Assembly: GCA_011605725.1 (NCBI GenBank)
Contig: JAAOZP010000004.1
Span: forward strand, 32,001-96,000
DNA from: Nitrososphaerota archaeon
Lineage (GTDB): Archaea > Thermoproteota > EX4484-205 > JAAOZP01
Reading direction: 5' to 3'
Length of the DNA stretch: 64,000 nucleotides
Notes under the pieces: model-generated
The model's database searches: none
Told to the model about the DNA's origin: nothing
Seen by the model: the letters and a program-made list of their open reading frames with translations, nothing else
Part shown: piece by piece, positions 9,877 to 19,664 of the stretch
Layout of the letters: each line of letters starts with the position of its first letter
Position numbering within the stretch: the first letter of the stretch is position 1
Translations under genes and position numbers: made by a program

Positions 9877-11244
9877 CTAATCACCATCTTCCGCTGAAAG
9901 AAGCTTTTTAACTAAATAACCAAGTAATGGCATGAACTTGAATAGCTCCAAAATACTGACTTCTCCTCCTTTCCGTAAAAAATATAAAATTCGTACGAGC
10001 CATATCCAAAGCCATATTGAAATCCCCGGTATCCAACATTCTATAATAACTTTTATTACGATTTTAATCGGATCCTGTACGAGTTCTTGAATGAGGGCAA
10101 TAACAGTTCTGTAGTCTAAAGCTAAAATCTTTAATACTATTTCTGGAAAAAAGATGAAAGTGAAAAAGCTCGTTATGCTTGTCATCAAAAGTATTATTTG
10201 ATATTCTTTTCTTCTCACCCCTAAATAACCTTTCTTTGACGCATTAAACACTTCTTTCATTCTTAAGAACTCGTCCTTATTCAGCATAATGGCAGAAGAG
10301 CGATTGTGAATATCCAGAGCCTTAAAAGCAAGGGCATGAAACTTCGGATTTATCCTAGGTAGTTCTCCTAACTCTGGAATTTGTTTGATACTTATACCTT
10401 TGTTTTCAACGCTTATATGTCCGGCCCAGGTTTTTCCTTCTTTTACTTTGGCATCTATAATTGATTTTATTGCTTCTTGAGGGTAAGTACTGTTCATTAA
10501 GCTTATTATTTCTCTAAGTCCTCTTTCTAAGGAAGGGCTAAGTGAATTTTTGAATTCTTCTTCTAGTCTTCTTTCTAGTTCTCTAATAAATATTATGGCA
10601 AATTTTTTATTCTTAAAAATTATACAGAGTTTAGCTAAAGTTTCGTCGGATATCCCATCTATATGCTGTATTATTTCCTGAAGGACATTTTCTTCTAACT
10701 CTAAATCCGTCTTTTTAACATCTAAACCATATAAACAATCGATTGCTTTTTCATAATCCCGATTTTTAGTAAACTCTTTATATTTTTCCATTATCCATGA
10801 TAGGGCTGCTTGGATGATCTCGTTAAATTCGTTAATGTTCGAAAGTGATCTCAAGACTAAACTTGCAAATTCGTGGTTATTTAGCCAGTTTCTTTTCTCT
10901 GCTTCACTCAAAATCAAATTTAAACTACTTAATAGCATATTTGAAACCTTTCTTTTTTTATAAAATACCTCGGTTGCAAAACATAATCCTAAAATAAATT
11001 CCGTATTAAGGAGCGAACTTAGTTTTCTGTCTTTAATCTTCTCGAGATCTTCCTTTAATAAAATTTCAAGTTTTCTCAAATCTTCATTACTTAGAGTTTT
11101 TAGGTGGACTGCTATCCAAGAAATAGAGTAAAGATTTTTATCGGCATAAGCCCATTCAAACTCTAGGCGTAACTGGTTCTCTAAAGCCCGGTATATCGGA
11201 TTTTTCATTTCAGAGAATTTTAGACCTGATTCATTTTCCATCAT
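9877..11244 (-). CDS. Helical protein with C-terminal TM segments; candidate Ago membrane effector (Aga2-analogous)
   Basis: Hydrophobic segments IILLMTSITSFFTFIFFPEIVL and IVIKVIIECWIPGISIWLWIWLVRILYFL. ATGA-coupled to hsdS and 2 nt from the next gene. Confidence 0.55.
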   Translation of the reverse strand: MMENESGLKFSEMKNPIYRALENQLRLEFEWAYADKNLYSISWIAVHLKTLSNEDLRKLEILLKEDLEKIKDRKLSSLLNTEFILGLCFATEVFYKKRKVSNMLLSSLNLILSEAEKRNWLNNHEFASLVLRSLSNINEFNEIIQAALSWIMEKYKEFTKNRDYEKAIDCLYGLDVKKTDLELEENVLQEIIQHIDGISDETLAKLCIIFKNKKFAIIFIRELERRLEEEFKNSLSPSLERGLREIISLMNSTYPQEAIKSIIDAKVKEGKTWAGHISVENKGISIKQIPELGELPRINPKFHALAFKALDIHNRSSAIMLNKDEFLRMKEVFNASKKGYLGVRRKEYQIILLMTSITSFFTFIFFPEIVLKILALDYRTVIALIQELVQDPIKIVIKVIIECWIPGISIWLWIWLVRILYFLRKGGEVSILELFKFMPLLGYLVKKLLSAEDGD

Positions 11245-12548
11245 AACTCACCCTTAAATGCCTTATCTAAGATAGACGGAACAAGTTTTTCAAGTTCCCC
11301 CTCTGTTCTTTGTTGAAGCTTCTTGAGAGATTCTATAATTTCGCTTATTTTATCAAGATAATCTATCATCTTCTTCTGTTTCTCAAGAGGAGGGAGAGGA
11401 ATCATTACCTTTCTTAAGAACTCTACCGGAACTCTTTGCTGACCCACACTGCCGGTCATATTTTTAGCAGCCTCATCTCTGAAAGATTTTTGTCTAATAT
11501 AGAAATGAATCCATTCGGCATGTACTTTCGATGAAGGTCTCAATACATGAAATTCGGTAGAACCAAAGCCTATTCCATTGATTAAACCCCTCGCTATTGC
11601 TGATTTCCCATTTTCCATGCAAGGCGTTATTTTTGCAAATAAAACATCGCCTTCCTTAAAGTAAGTATATCCTTTTTTTACCTCACCTAACAATCTAATT
11701 TCCGGCCTCTCAATCTTTCCTGTAACTTCACTGACAGCAGACATAGGAACAAACGTAACTTGCATATTATCAGGAAGATTTTTTATCTCGTGTTTTGCAG
11801 GGTTAATTTCACAGACTTTGCCCAATTCTGCCCGTTCCCATCCTTCTTCTTCGGCTCTGCTGAAGACTTTGTTTAAGGCTGCTTGCATTATTTTCTCGGC
11901 TTCTTCTCTTGCTTGTTTTCTAAGCCTCTTGGCCTCTTCAGCCCTGTTGACGAGTTGTTCTAAGCGTGAAACTATGCGTCTTTGCTCTTCAAGAGGCGGA
12001 AGAGGGATTAGAATAGTAGCTAATTTTTTTCTCGATATTTCCTTAAAAGTAGCTCCTGAACCCAACGCATTCATTTCTTCGACTTTGGTTAACAGAGTGT
12101 AATAAACAAAATCGCTTAGAACATGATTTGCATCCCTAATGACGATCGCTTTACAACCTTGGTTAAAACACATATTATCTCCTGCAATTGCAATATGTCC
12201 TATGGGCGCCCTTGTGGAAATTATTATAGATCCTTTCGGCACGATTGTTGTAGAACAGCTCTCCAAACCTTTTTGAGTTATTTTCCTTTCGGTATCAAAA
12301 ATGAATTTACCTATTACCTTACCGAGATCCCTTGGTGTAACCCACTTAATATTTCCTCTTTCCCAGTATTCTATGACATTAGTCTTGGGTGTTGATCCAG
12401 TTTCGATATGAAATAATTTTTTGTCTCCCAGCCTTACCCATTTCCACCCTTCAGGTAAATCGTAAGGTCCCCGAATCCCTTCTTGATCCTCAATTGCATT
12501 ACCTATTGTTTCTCTTGTATAAGTGTCTAATTTAATCTGCTTACTCAT
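11241..12548 (-). CDS. hsdS: Type I R-M specificity subunit
   Basis: Two TRDs with LPEGWKWVRLG, IPLPPLEEQRRIV, IPLPPLEKQ and SILDKAFKGEL. Confidence 0.95.
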   Translation of the reverse strand: MSKQIKLDTYTRETIGNAIEDQEGIRGPYDLPEGWKWVRLGDKKLFHIETGSTPKTNVIEYWERGNIKWVTPRDLGKVIGKFIFDTERKITQKGLESCSTTIVPKGSIIISTRAPIGHIAIAGDNMCFNQGCKAIVIRDANHVLSDFVYYTLLTKVEEMNALGSGATFKEISRKKLATILIPLPPLEEQRRIVSRLEQLVNRAEEAKRLRKQAREEAEKIMQAALNKVFSRAEEEGWERAELGKVCEINPAKHEIKNLPDNMQVTFVPMSAVSEVTGKIERPEIRLLGEVKKGYTYFKEGDVLFAKITPCMENGKSAIARGLINGIGFGSTEFHVLRPSSKVHAEWIHFYIRQKSFRDEAAKNMTGSVGQQRVPVEFLRKVMIPLPPLEKQKKMIDYLDKISEIIESLKKLQQRTEGELEKLVPSILDKAFKGEL

Positions 12549-13986
12549 GGCCTTCACCAAGAATGTTGCGGAATTCTTCAAGTATTTCTAAAATCTGTCT
12601 TTCCTTCTCAAGTATGCTTTCAACCAGTTCTTCCGGCTCTGCGTATACTGTTTCCTGTTTCCTGTTCGGATTCCTCGCAGTTAAGTCATAGTCCCTTTCT
12701 CTAATCTCCTCTATCGAGACTATCCATGAGTTTTCCGAGACCTTTCTGTTTTTCCACTTTCCGTAGCAGTCGGCTAGATGCTCGTCTTTAACGGGGTTTG
12801 CCTTAGTATAGTTCTCCCCATTCGGCGGGATAAGCTCGTAGTACCATATTTCCTTCGTAGGCCCGGTTCTGTCGAAGAACACTAGGTTTGCCTTGGGTCC
12901 TGTTCCTCCTTTAGGAGCTATGTGGGCGAAGGTGCCGGGGGGCAGGCTTATTATCGTGTGAACGTTAAACTCTTTCAACAACTCCATCTTAACCCTTTTA
13001 TAAGCTCCACCCCTGAATAAAACTCCTTCCGGCAAGACTATCCCGCATCTCCCGCCTTTCTTCAGCTTTCTCATGCAGTATTGGAGTGCTGCAAGCTCTG
13101 TCGAGCCTGTTGGCACTGGCAGGTTTTCCTGAAGAGTCTTAGCTAGGCTTCCGCCGAAAGGAGGATTGGTGAGTATTACGTCAAACCTTTGAGACGGCGT
13201 GTCGACAACGTTTTCCTCGAAAGTGTCTCTTCTCACTATGTTTGGCAACAGTAGTCCGTGCAGGATGCAGTTCATCGTTCCTATGAGGTAGGGCAGCGCC
13301 TTCAACTCCTGCGCGTAAAAGGTCTTCTCCTCAAGCATCTGGTACTCCTCCGTAGTGAGTTTCCTCTGCTCCTTCATCCACCTGAAGGATTCAACCAGGA
13401 AGCCGCATGACCCGGCGAGCGGGTCGAAAACCGTTTCACCTATCTTAGGGTTGACGATCTTCACCATCAGCCTAACTATGGGCCTCGGCGTGTAGTATTC
13501 CCCGGCTGCCCCGCCCTCCCTGCCCATCATCATCAGAAGCTCCTCGTAAAGCTGGGAGAGCGTGTGGGAGTCCTCAGGGTTTGTGAAGTCGATGCTGCTC
13601 AGCATCGTAACCACTTCCTTCAGGTTGAACGGGTCCCTCATCTGCTGCCTAACCTCTGCGAAAAGCGTTGCTATCAGGTTTCTCTCCTTCGAGCCGCGTA
13701 GCTCTCTAAGGTAGCGCAGCAAGTCTGTTTCTATGAAGTTTTTAAGCTCCTCAGCCTTCATGTCCCCCCTAGCCCAGTTGGACCAGCTGTACTTTGGGTC
13801 TATGATTGGCTCGTAGGTTCTTCCCTCAAACTCTGCTTCAAGCCTATACTCTTTCTCCAGGTCCTCGAAGATTTTCAGGAAGATCAGCCATGAGAGCTGC
13901 TCCATGTAGCCCAGGATGGTTAAACCGTCTCTCCTCATTATCTCGCATACCTGCTCGATCTTATTCGCCAGCTCCCTCCTATCCAT
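12541..13986 (-). CDS. hsdM: Type I R-M N6-adenine methyltransferase
   Basis: GEYYTPR, DPLAGSCGFL, TNPPFG, GIVLPEGVLF. Confidence 0.95.
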   Translation of the reverse strand: MDRRELANKIEQVCEIMRRDGLTILGYMEQLSWLIFLKIFEDLEKEYRLEAEFEGRTYEPIIDPKYSWSNWARGDMKAEELKNFIETDLLRYLRELRGSKERNLIATLFAEVRQQMRDPFNLKEVVTMLSSIDFTNPEDSHTLSQLYEELLMMMGREGGAAGEYYTPRPIVRLMVKIVNPKIGETVFDPLAGSCGFLVESFRWMKEQRKLTTEEYQMLEEKTFYAQELKALPYLIGTMNCILHGLLLPNIVRRDTFEENVVDTPSQRFDVILTNPPFGGSLAKTLQENLPVPTGSTELAALQYCMRKLKKGGRCGIVLPEGVLFRGGAYKRVKMELLKEFNVHTIISLPPGTFAHIAPKGGTGPKANLVFFDRTGPTKEIWYYELIPPNGENYTKANPVKDEHLADCYGKWKNRKVSENSWIVSIEEIRERDYDLTARNPNRKQETVYAEPEELVESILEKERQILEILEEFRNILGEGHE

Positions 13987-16506
13987 CTACCTGCGCACCC
14001 CAGCTGGTTGGACGAGCTCCGGGTAAAGCCCCTTCTCAATATCCTGGATAACCTCTTTTAAGGGTTCCAGCCCCCCGAAAATCTCGATAACCCCTTTCAA
14101 TGCCCCCATCTTGTCGAAGGGCGGTGTTCTGAACACTTTCGGGTCAGTTATCTCGTCGATACCGGCAATCTTATACCTGTCGACCAGCTCTAGGATAACT
14201 TCCCTCGCGCCCGGCCCGTATTTCTCTATGAATTCCCTCTGAAGGTCCAGTAATGCTCTAGCCCTCTCATCCCTGCTTAGGACGGGTGCTTTAAACAGGA
14301 TGTGCGCTATCAAGTCGAACTCCTCGGCCCCAGGCTTCTTAAGAAGCTTCGACAATATGTTCAGGTTTATCCCTGACTTCTCCAAATCCTCCTTGAATTT
14401 AATCCTCTTCGCCCTGTCCCTCCATATTCCGGCAAGCTGGTCTAGGGTTGTGATCCTCTTAATCAAACCGTTTTTACAGTACTCCACGTACTCAGCGTCT
14501 AGCAGCTCGTTTCCGAGAACATTGGCTTTAACAATACCCTCCTCAGCTATGTAAACTTCAACGTTTTCAGCCCTTATCAGCTCCCTCCTCTCCCTAACCT
14601 CCCTCTCCAGGCTGATGACTACGGACTGCTCAGGAGTTGGGAAAGTCGGCACGGTAGTCTCCTTCTTCCTGTATCCGCCTGCAGCCACGTCGATTTTAAC
14701 ACTGCCTCTCGGAACGTCTTTAAGCAGGATTAAACCGTTTTCATCAGTCTTCAACGTCACCGGCTTGCTCGGGGCTACAAGAGCCATGACGGATGCTTTC
14801 GCAATGCCCACCCCGGTTTCAGCGTCAATAACCCTGCACGCCAAGTACCAGTCCGCTGGCCCCTCATACTTTTTCCCAATCTCCGGCAGGTCCCATTCGT
14901 CGAAAAGCCTGGTTGCATCAGTATAATCGATTATCCGGAAGGTGAACTTTCTCGAGTTCTCGTCTATTCTCGCCCCCCTCCCTATTATTTGGTGAAACAC
15001 TACTTTGGAATCTATATGCTTCAGGAACACTATGTTCCTAACAGGCGGTATGTCCACCCCCGTGCTTAGCAGGTCGACCGTCGTGGTGACTACTGGAAAA
15101 TCCTTCTCAGAATCCTTAAACTCCCTCAAAACTTCGTGAGCATAAGGCTCGTCTGTAACTACTCTCACAGCGTAGTTTCTGGCTCCAAATATGGGAGCGA
15201 AATAATTGTTCAGCTCCTTAGCCACCTCCGCCGCGTGCGACTGGGAGACGCAGAAGATAGCGGTCTTCCCCTTCGGACCTGTGCTTTCAAGGATCCTAGC
15301 TAGATGCTCGCATATCCTCTTGGTTCTGTCGGGAAGCGTTATCTCTCTTTCAAACTCCTCCACAGTATAGTACTCTTTCAACTCTACTCCTGGGGGGACT
15401 TCTATTTTAGCGCCTTGGCTCTTCGCTTCAGTTATGTTGAGAACACCCGACTTATCTATGTTGGTGAACACCCTGATTATCTCGCAGGGCGCCAGATATC
15501 CGTCTTCAATCCCCAGCCGCATAGGATAATCGTAAACAGGCTCTCCAAAATACGCGTACGTGTCTATATTATCATCCCTTTTAGGCGTGGCCGTTAAGCC
15601 CAGGTGAATAGCGTTAGAGAAATATCTTAAAATCTCGTGCCACCTCTTCCACCCCGACCTGTGGCATTCGTCGATTATTACCATGTCGAAGAAATCCGGT
15701 TCGAAAAGCTCATAGATCTTCTTACCGTCTTTCTCGCTGTAAAGAGTCTGGTAGGTGGCGAAGTATATGTCCCTGTGTTTCGGAATGCTCTCTGCCCCCA
15801 CTAGTTCCTCCCTAGCGTTCCCGAATGGGAAGAACATGTCGTGAGCCTGCCTCCTGAGAAATATCCTGTCAACCAGGTAGAGGACCCTCCTCACCCTTCC
15901 CGTCTTGTAGAGCTTCCAGACTATTTGGAAGGCAACATAGGTCTTACCGCTGCCCGTGGCCATCGTGAGCAAAACCTTCTTCCTACCTCTAAGTATGGCT
16001 TCTATCGTCTTCCTGACGGCAACCTCCTGGTAATATCTAAGCGGCCTCTCGGGAAAAGGATAATAGGGGTATAGCAAAGGGTCTTTCTCCGTGACCTTGC
16101 CCAATTCTTTTCCTTCAACATATCTCCTCCATAACTCTGATGGGGATGGGAATTCCTCTAAAGTAGTTTGACGCTTATGAAAATCGTCATACTCCTCAAT
16201 CTTATGCCCGTTGGTGAAGTATGCGAACGGTACTCCCAGCCTCTCCATGTATTCTTTAGCCTGCTGCATTCCTGTTAGGTGGGACTCTTCCTCCGACTTC
16301 GCCTCTACGACGGCGAGCGGTACCCCATTCTTATCCGGGTAGTACAGTATGTAGTCCGGCCTCCTGGTTGGGAGACGGTCTCCGCCATCATTTATGATCA
16401 TGCCCCTTGCTATCGCTTTATCCCTCTCCACCATTTTCTCAGTCCAGCCGCTTCTCTGAAGCTTAGGGTCGATCAGCTTCGCCCTCGTATCAGCCTCGTT
16501 AAGCAT
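13987..16506 (-). CDS. hsdR: Type I restriction subunit (EcoAI/EcoEI-like)
   Basis: NEADTRAKLIDP, PD...VEAK nuclease, ATGSGKT, IIDECHRS, LTATP, STGVD, QIIGRGAR, EcoEI_R_C-like tail. Confidence 0.95.
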   Translation of the reverse strand: MLNEADTRAKLIDPKLQRSGWTEKMVERDKAIARGMIINDGGDRLPTRRPDYILYYPDKNGVPLAVVEAKSEEESHLTGMQQAKEYMERLGVPFAYFTNGHKIEEYDDFHKRQTTLEEFPSPSELWRRYVEGKELGKVTEKDPLLYPYYPFPERPLRYYQEVAVRKTIEAILRGRKKVLLTMATGSGKTYVAFQIVWKLYKTGRVRRVLYLVDRIFLRRQAHDMFFPFGNAREELVGAESIPKHRDIYFATYQTLYSEKDGKKIYELFEPDFFDMVIIDECHRSGWKRWHEILRYFSNAIHLGLTATPKRDDNIDTYAYFGEPVYDYPMRLGIEDGYLAPCEIIRVFTNIDKSGVLNITEAKSQGAKIEVPPGVELKEYYTVEEFEREITLPDRTKRICEHLARILESTGPKGKTAIFCVSQSHAAEVAKELNNYFAPIFGARNYAVRVVTDEPYAHEVLREFKDSEKDFPVVTTTVDLLSTGVDIPPVRNIVFLKHIDSKVVFHQIIGRGARIDENSRKFTFRIIDYTDATRLFDEWDLPEIGKKYEGPADWYLACRVIDAETGVGIAKASVMALVAPSKPVTLKTDENGLILLKDVPRGSVKIDVAAGGYRKKETTVPTFPTPEQSVVISLEREVRERRELIRAENVEVYIAEEGIVKANVLGNELLDAEYVEYCKNGLIKRITTLDQLAGIWRDRAKRIKFKEDLEKSGINLNILSKLLKKPGAEEFDLIAHILFKAPVLSRDERARALLDLQREFIEKYGPGAREVILELVDRYKIAGIDEITDPKVFRTPPFDKMGALKGVIEIFGGLEPLKEVIQDIEKGLYPELVQPAGVRR

Positions 16507-16689
16507 GCTCCCCCGCCTTTATCCCATAGAATTATGCTTCAGCACGTCTTATTCTTTTCGATTTCATACGCTTTATTTACCTCTTTAAATGGGTATGGGC
16601 AGGATTAAGGTGGTCAAAGAGAATGGCCAGAAGAAGGATACTATTGAGTTATTGCTTAACATTAAACGGCCCGTGAAAAGATATCAAAA

Positions 16690-16701
16690 TAGCGCGCGCT
16701 A
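16690..16701. repeat. Palindrome TAGCGCGCGCTA (consensus copy)
   Basis: Intergenic, between the hsdR promoter region and the HEPN gene. Confidence 0.9.
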
Positions 16702-16847
16702 CGAGTCTTAACATAGTTTTAGATCGTTACCATAAGCTACCCTAAAGAAGGGAAAAATTAAGTTCAGCCGGTGGTGCACAAAGGTTCTGTCAGCAGGCTG
16801 GGAATGCATAATTGTTAAATACCTACAACGAGATCTAACCGTAAAAG

Positions 16848-17381
16848 ATGGTGGACTACGGAGGGCTTCAGTCAAAGGGGCTGGATCCCGGTTCATTTCT
16901 AAAAGGATTGGCTGAGTCAAGTGATCTGGAAGACATAATTAAGAAATACTTAGTAGTACACTATAGTCCAGGCCATGCTAGCCGATTAGCATATCATTAT
17001 AAGAAGGACGTAGCTGAGATGCTGGATAATCTTTCGAAGCTCATGGCGCTGCTGGTAAAAGCGGGTATGAATCCAAACTGGCTTATCGCTGCTGTCTCCC
17101 TTGCCATTCAAGACGTTTATGTCCAGAGGGTGGCTGCAAAACTTAAGATCGATATTAAAAAGCCAGATGGCAAGTTCAAAACCACTAAAACTTTGTTAGA
17201 GGAAATACAGTCGAAGCTTGAGAAGCCAGGAATAAAAACAACGGAACTTAAGATAGCGAAAGTGTATAGCGAAGATTACAGGAACGAGGTGATACATGGA
17301 GGCTTAGACGTTGATGAGGATAGGGCCTTGGACATAATGCGTGCAACATCCAACTTAATAGATATACTTGCTAGCATTTAA
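16848..17381 (+). CDS. HEPN-domain protein (putative RNase)
   Basis: Rx4H motif YRNEVIHG near the C-terminus of a helical protein. Confidence 0.65.
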   Translation: MVDYGGLQSKGLDPGSFLKGLAESSDLEDIIKKYLVVHYSPGHASRLAYHYKKDVAEMLDNLSKLMALLVKAGMNPNWLIAAVSLAIQDVYVQRVAAKLKIDIKKPDGKFKTTKTLLEEIQSKLEKPGIKTTELKIAKVYSEDYRNEVIHGGLDVDEDRALDIMRATSNLIDILASI

Positions 17382-17391
17382 CGTATAACAA

Positions 17392-17403
17392 AAGCGCGCG
17401 CTT
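17392..17403. repeat. Palindrome AAGCGCGCGCTT
   Basis: Sits in the 29-bp gap between two convergent stop codons. Confidence 0.9.
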
Positions 17404-17410
17404 GGAGAAC

Positions 17411-19165
17411 TTATCCTCTAGCCAACTTAACTGTTCTTTCAACTGCCTCCCATATTTTGGATTTGAATAGTTCTTCTTTCTTATCTTCCTGGAGGTTTTT
17501 TATAAAATCGTATGCTTCATTGGGATGGATTTTTTCTCCTTCCTGCCTTTCCCAGCCCAGCTTCTTGATCTCGTCCTCTAACTCTCTATCAAGTTTGATG
17601 CATACATTTTGATCAATAAGATCGCCGAGCTCAACATCATGATCCGCTAAGATTATGAACGGTATCTCATATTTCCTTAATAACTTAATCCACTTTTTAA
17701 AGTTCTCTTTACCGCCTACATCCACGACGGTCACATCGTTTTGATCAAGTATATTCTCTTTCAATTCTGAGATCGCTATAACTGTAGCGTGATCCGCCGG
17801 GCCCTCTACCAGGAGAACGCTGTTAGAAAAGAATACTTCTGGTCGGAATTCATGCCGTTGAATTGCAAAACCGTTCGTCGGCGCTATGACCGTGCTTTCG
17901 TTATCATCCTTTCTCACATAAATCAGCCTCCTATCTTGTGTGCCTTGCAGTAGACTAAGGTCAACAAAGTATGGCGAATGCGTTACTATTATTGTCTGCA
18001 CGTCTTTCTTATCCATCAATATTTTACTTAGCAAGGTTATTTTCGTTTGGTGGAGGTGGAGAGCTGGTTCATCGAGTATAAGAATAGGATGTTCCGGAGC
18101 CGATATTAATGAAAGCATATAGAGAGCTTCAAAATAACCTGACGCACTCTCATGTAATCTAACACGCTTAGAACCCTCCTTTATGACTACGTATCTTTTC
18201 TTTCCAGTTAGAGCAGAGGTTTCTTCTTCATAAACGTCAAACTCTATGGACTGAAATATTTTTTGGAAATCCTGCTTTAATTTATCGTAGTTCTCAGCTA
18301 AAGGCTCTTTATTCTTTAGATCGAAAAGATTATTCGCTAGCTCTTCCAAAGAGGGCCTATGCTCAGATATGAAACATAGCCTATTCTCTAGCATTACCGC
18401 AAGCAACGTCCAAAAGGATGAGTGTCCTGTAAAACTGTATCTGGAGAGTTCTTTTATTGCATTCATAACATATTGTTTATCACGGTTTGTAAGGTATATA
18501 GTATCATCTATGTGAAATCTTGAACAATGAGATTGCTCAAAAAGGGTTTTTATATAAGTAGTGTCAAAATTGAGGGTCAGAGAAGGCATGTTTTTCTGCA
18601 TCTCCGGGAATTCCCTGCGAGAAGATTCATTTAATAGCTCTAATGCTTTTCCGGGATCTTCTCTAGAAATCGTTTGGGGCAACATTCCCCGATAGGCAAC
18701 ATATGATTCTCCTTCTCTACAGGAAGAATATAATATGATTCCATTATCAAACTATAGCGCCACGAAATCTGGTCGCACCTCTGCCGTGTCGGCAGTCGGC
18801 TTCCAGTATACGATCAGGGTTGAAATCTCATAGTCCTTATAGTAGGATTCGAGTTCTTCTGGAGGAGTATCCTTTCTGCTAACAGAATCAAGCAGTAAAT
18901 TTACTTCGCTTTCAGAAAATTCTACTCTCATATTTATTGAGCATTCAGAATTTTTATTAAACCTTAACTCATTTGAGATACCAGTGAGTGAAAGGCTTGG
19001 AGGACCAGAAGAGGGTGCACTAGGTTTAGTCAGGAGTTTCAATATTCTGATGAGGTTTGTCTTTCCACTCGCGTTTCTGCCTACTATAACATTATAGTTT
19101 CCAAAGCTGAAGCTAGCATCCTTATAGCTGTACAAATTCTTTATTTGTATGCTTTTAATCTTCAT
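17411..19165 (-). pseudogene. OLD-family ATP-dependent nuclease (ABC ATPase + TOPRIM), interrupted by one in-frame TAG
   Basis: GRNASGKT Walker A in the 137-aa ORF; ILDEPALHLH, VTHSP, LVEGPAD, DVGGK, ADHD in the 424-aa ORF. Both ORFs are in the same frame, separated by TAG 18752-18754 and 22 open codons. Confidence 0.85.
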
Positions 19166-19664
19166 TCACAATAGCAATGTTAAATTAAACTAATAAATTT
19201 TAAGACATGATGGATTGACTATGAATTTTGGTAGGAAAGTGCCTAATCCGGAAAAATAACGCTTAATGCTAGTTAGAGGAAAGAATGAAGAACCTTCTCG
19301 AATAACCTTTTTCATCAAGAGCCTGGCGTGCACTAGTTTTCTAATCTAATGACTATTCCAAAAATTCTATTAACATAGAATATACAAACACGAATACCGT
19401 GCCTTCCCTCCGGACATTTCTACGTTCTGCTTCGCCAGAAAATTGGGCATTAACCCCTTTACTGCGTACCCTCTTTCAGCATACTCGACACGATCATACA
19501 TCTCTGTGTCTTTTAGAAACATCCCGGGTAGCGCGCTAAATTCTGGTGGGACATATAAACTTTTAACATGGGCTAAAAGTTTCAGCATTATCCATTAACA
19601 GTTGGCATTCGTACGTCTGAAGATTCATAGTTCATACTTACCTTTTCTCAAATCTTCTCTAACA

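Noticed and set aside
18752-18754. Pyrrolysine/amber recoding
   Set aside because: TAG acts as a normal stop elsewhere (hsdR, lig), and no pyl genes are in the window.
17411-19165. Gabija system
   Set aside because: The OLD-like gene has no adjacent UvrD-like GajB.
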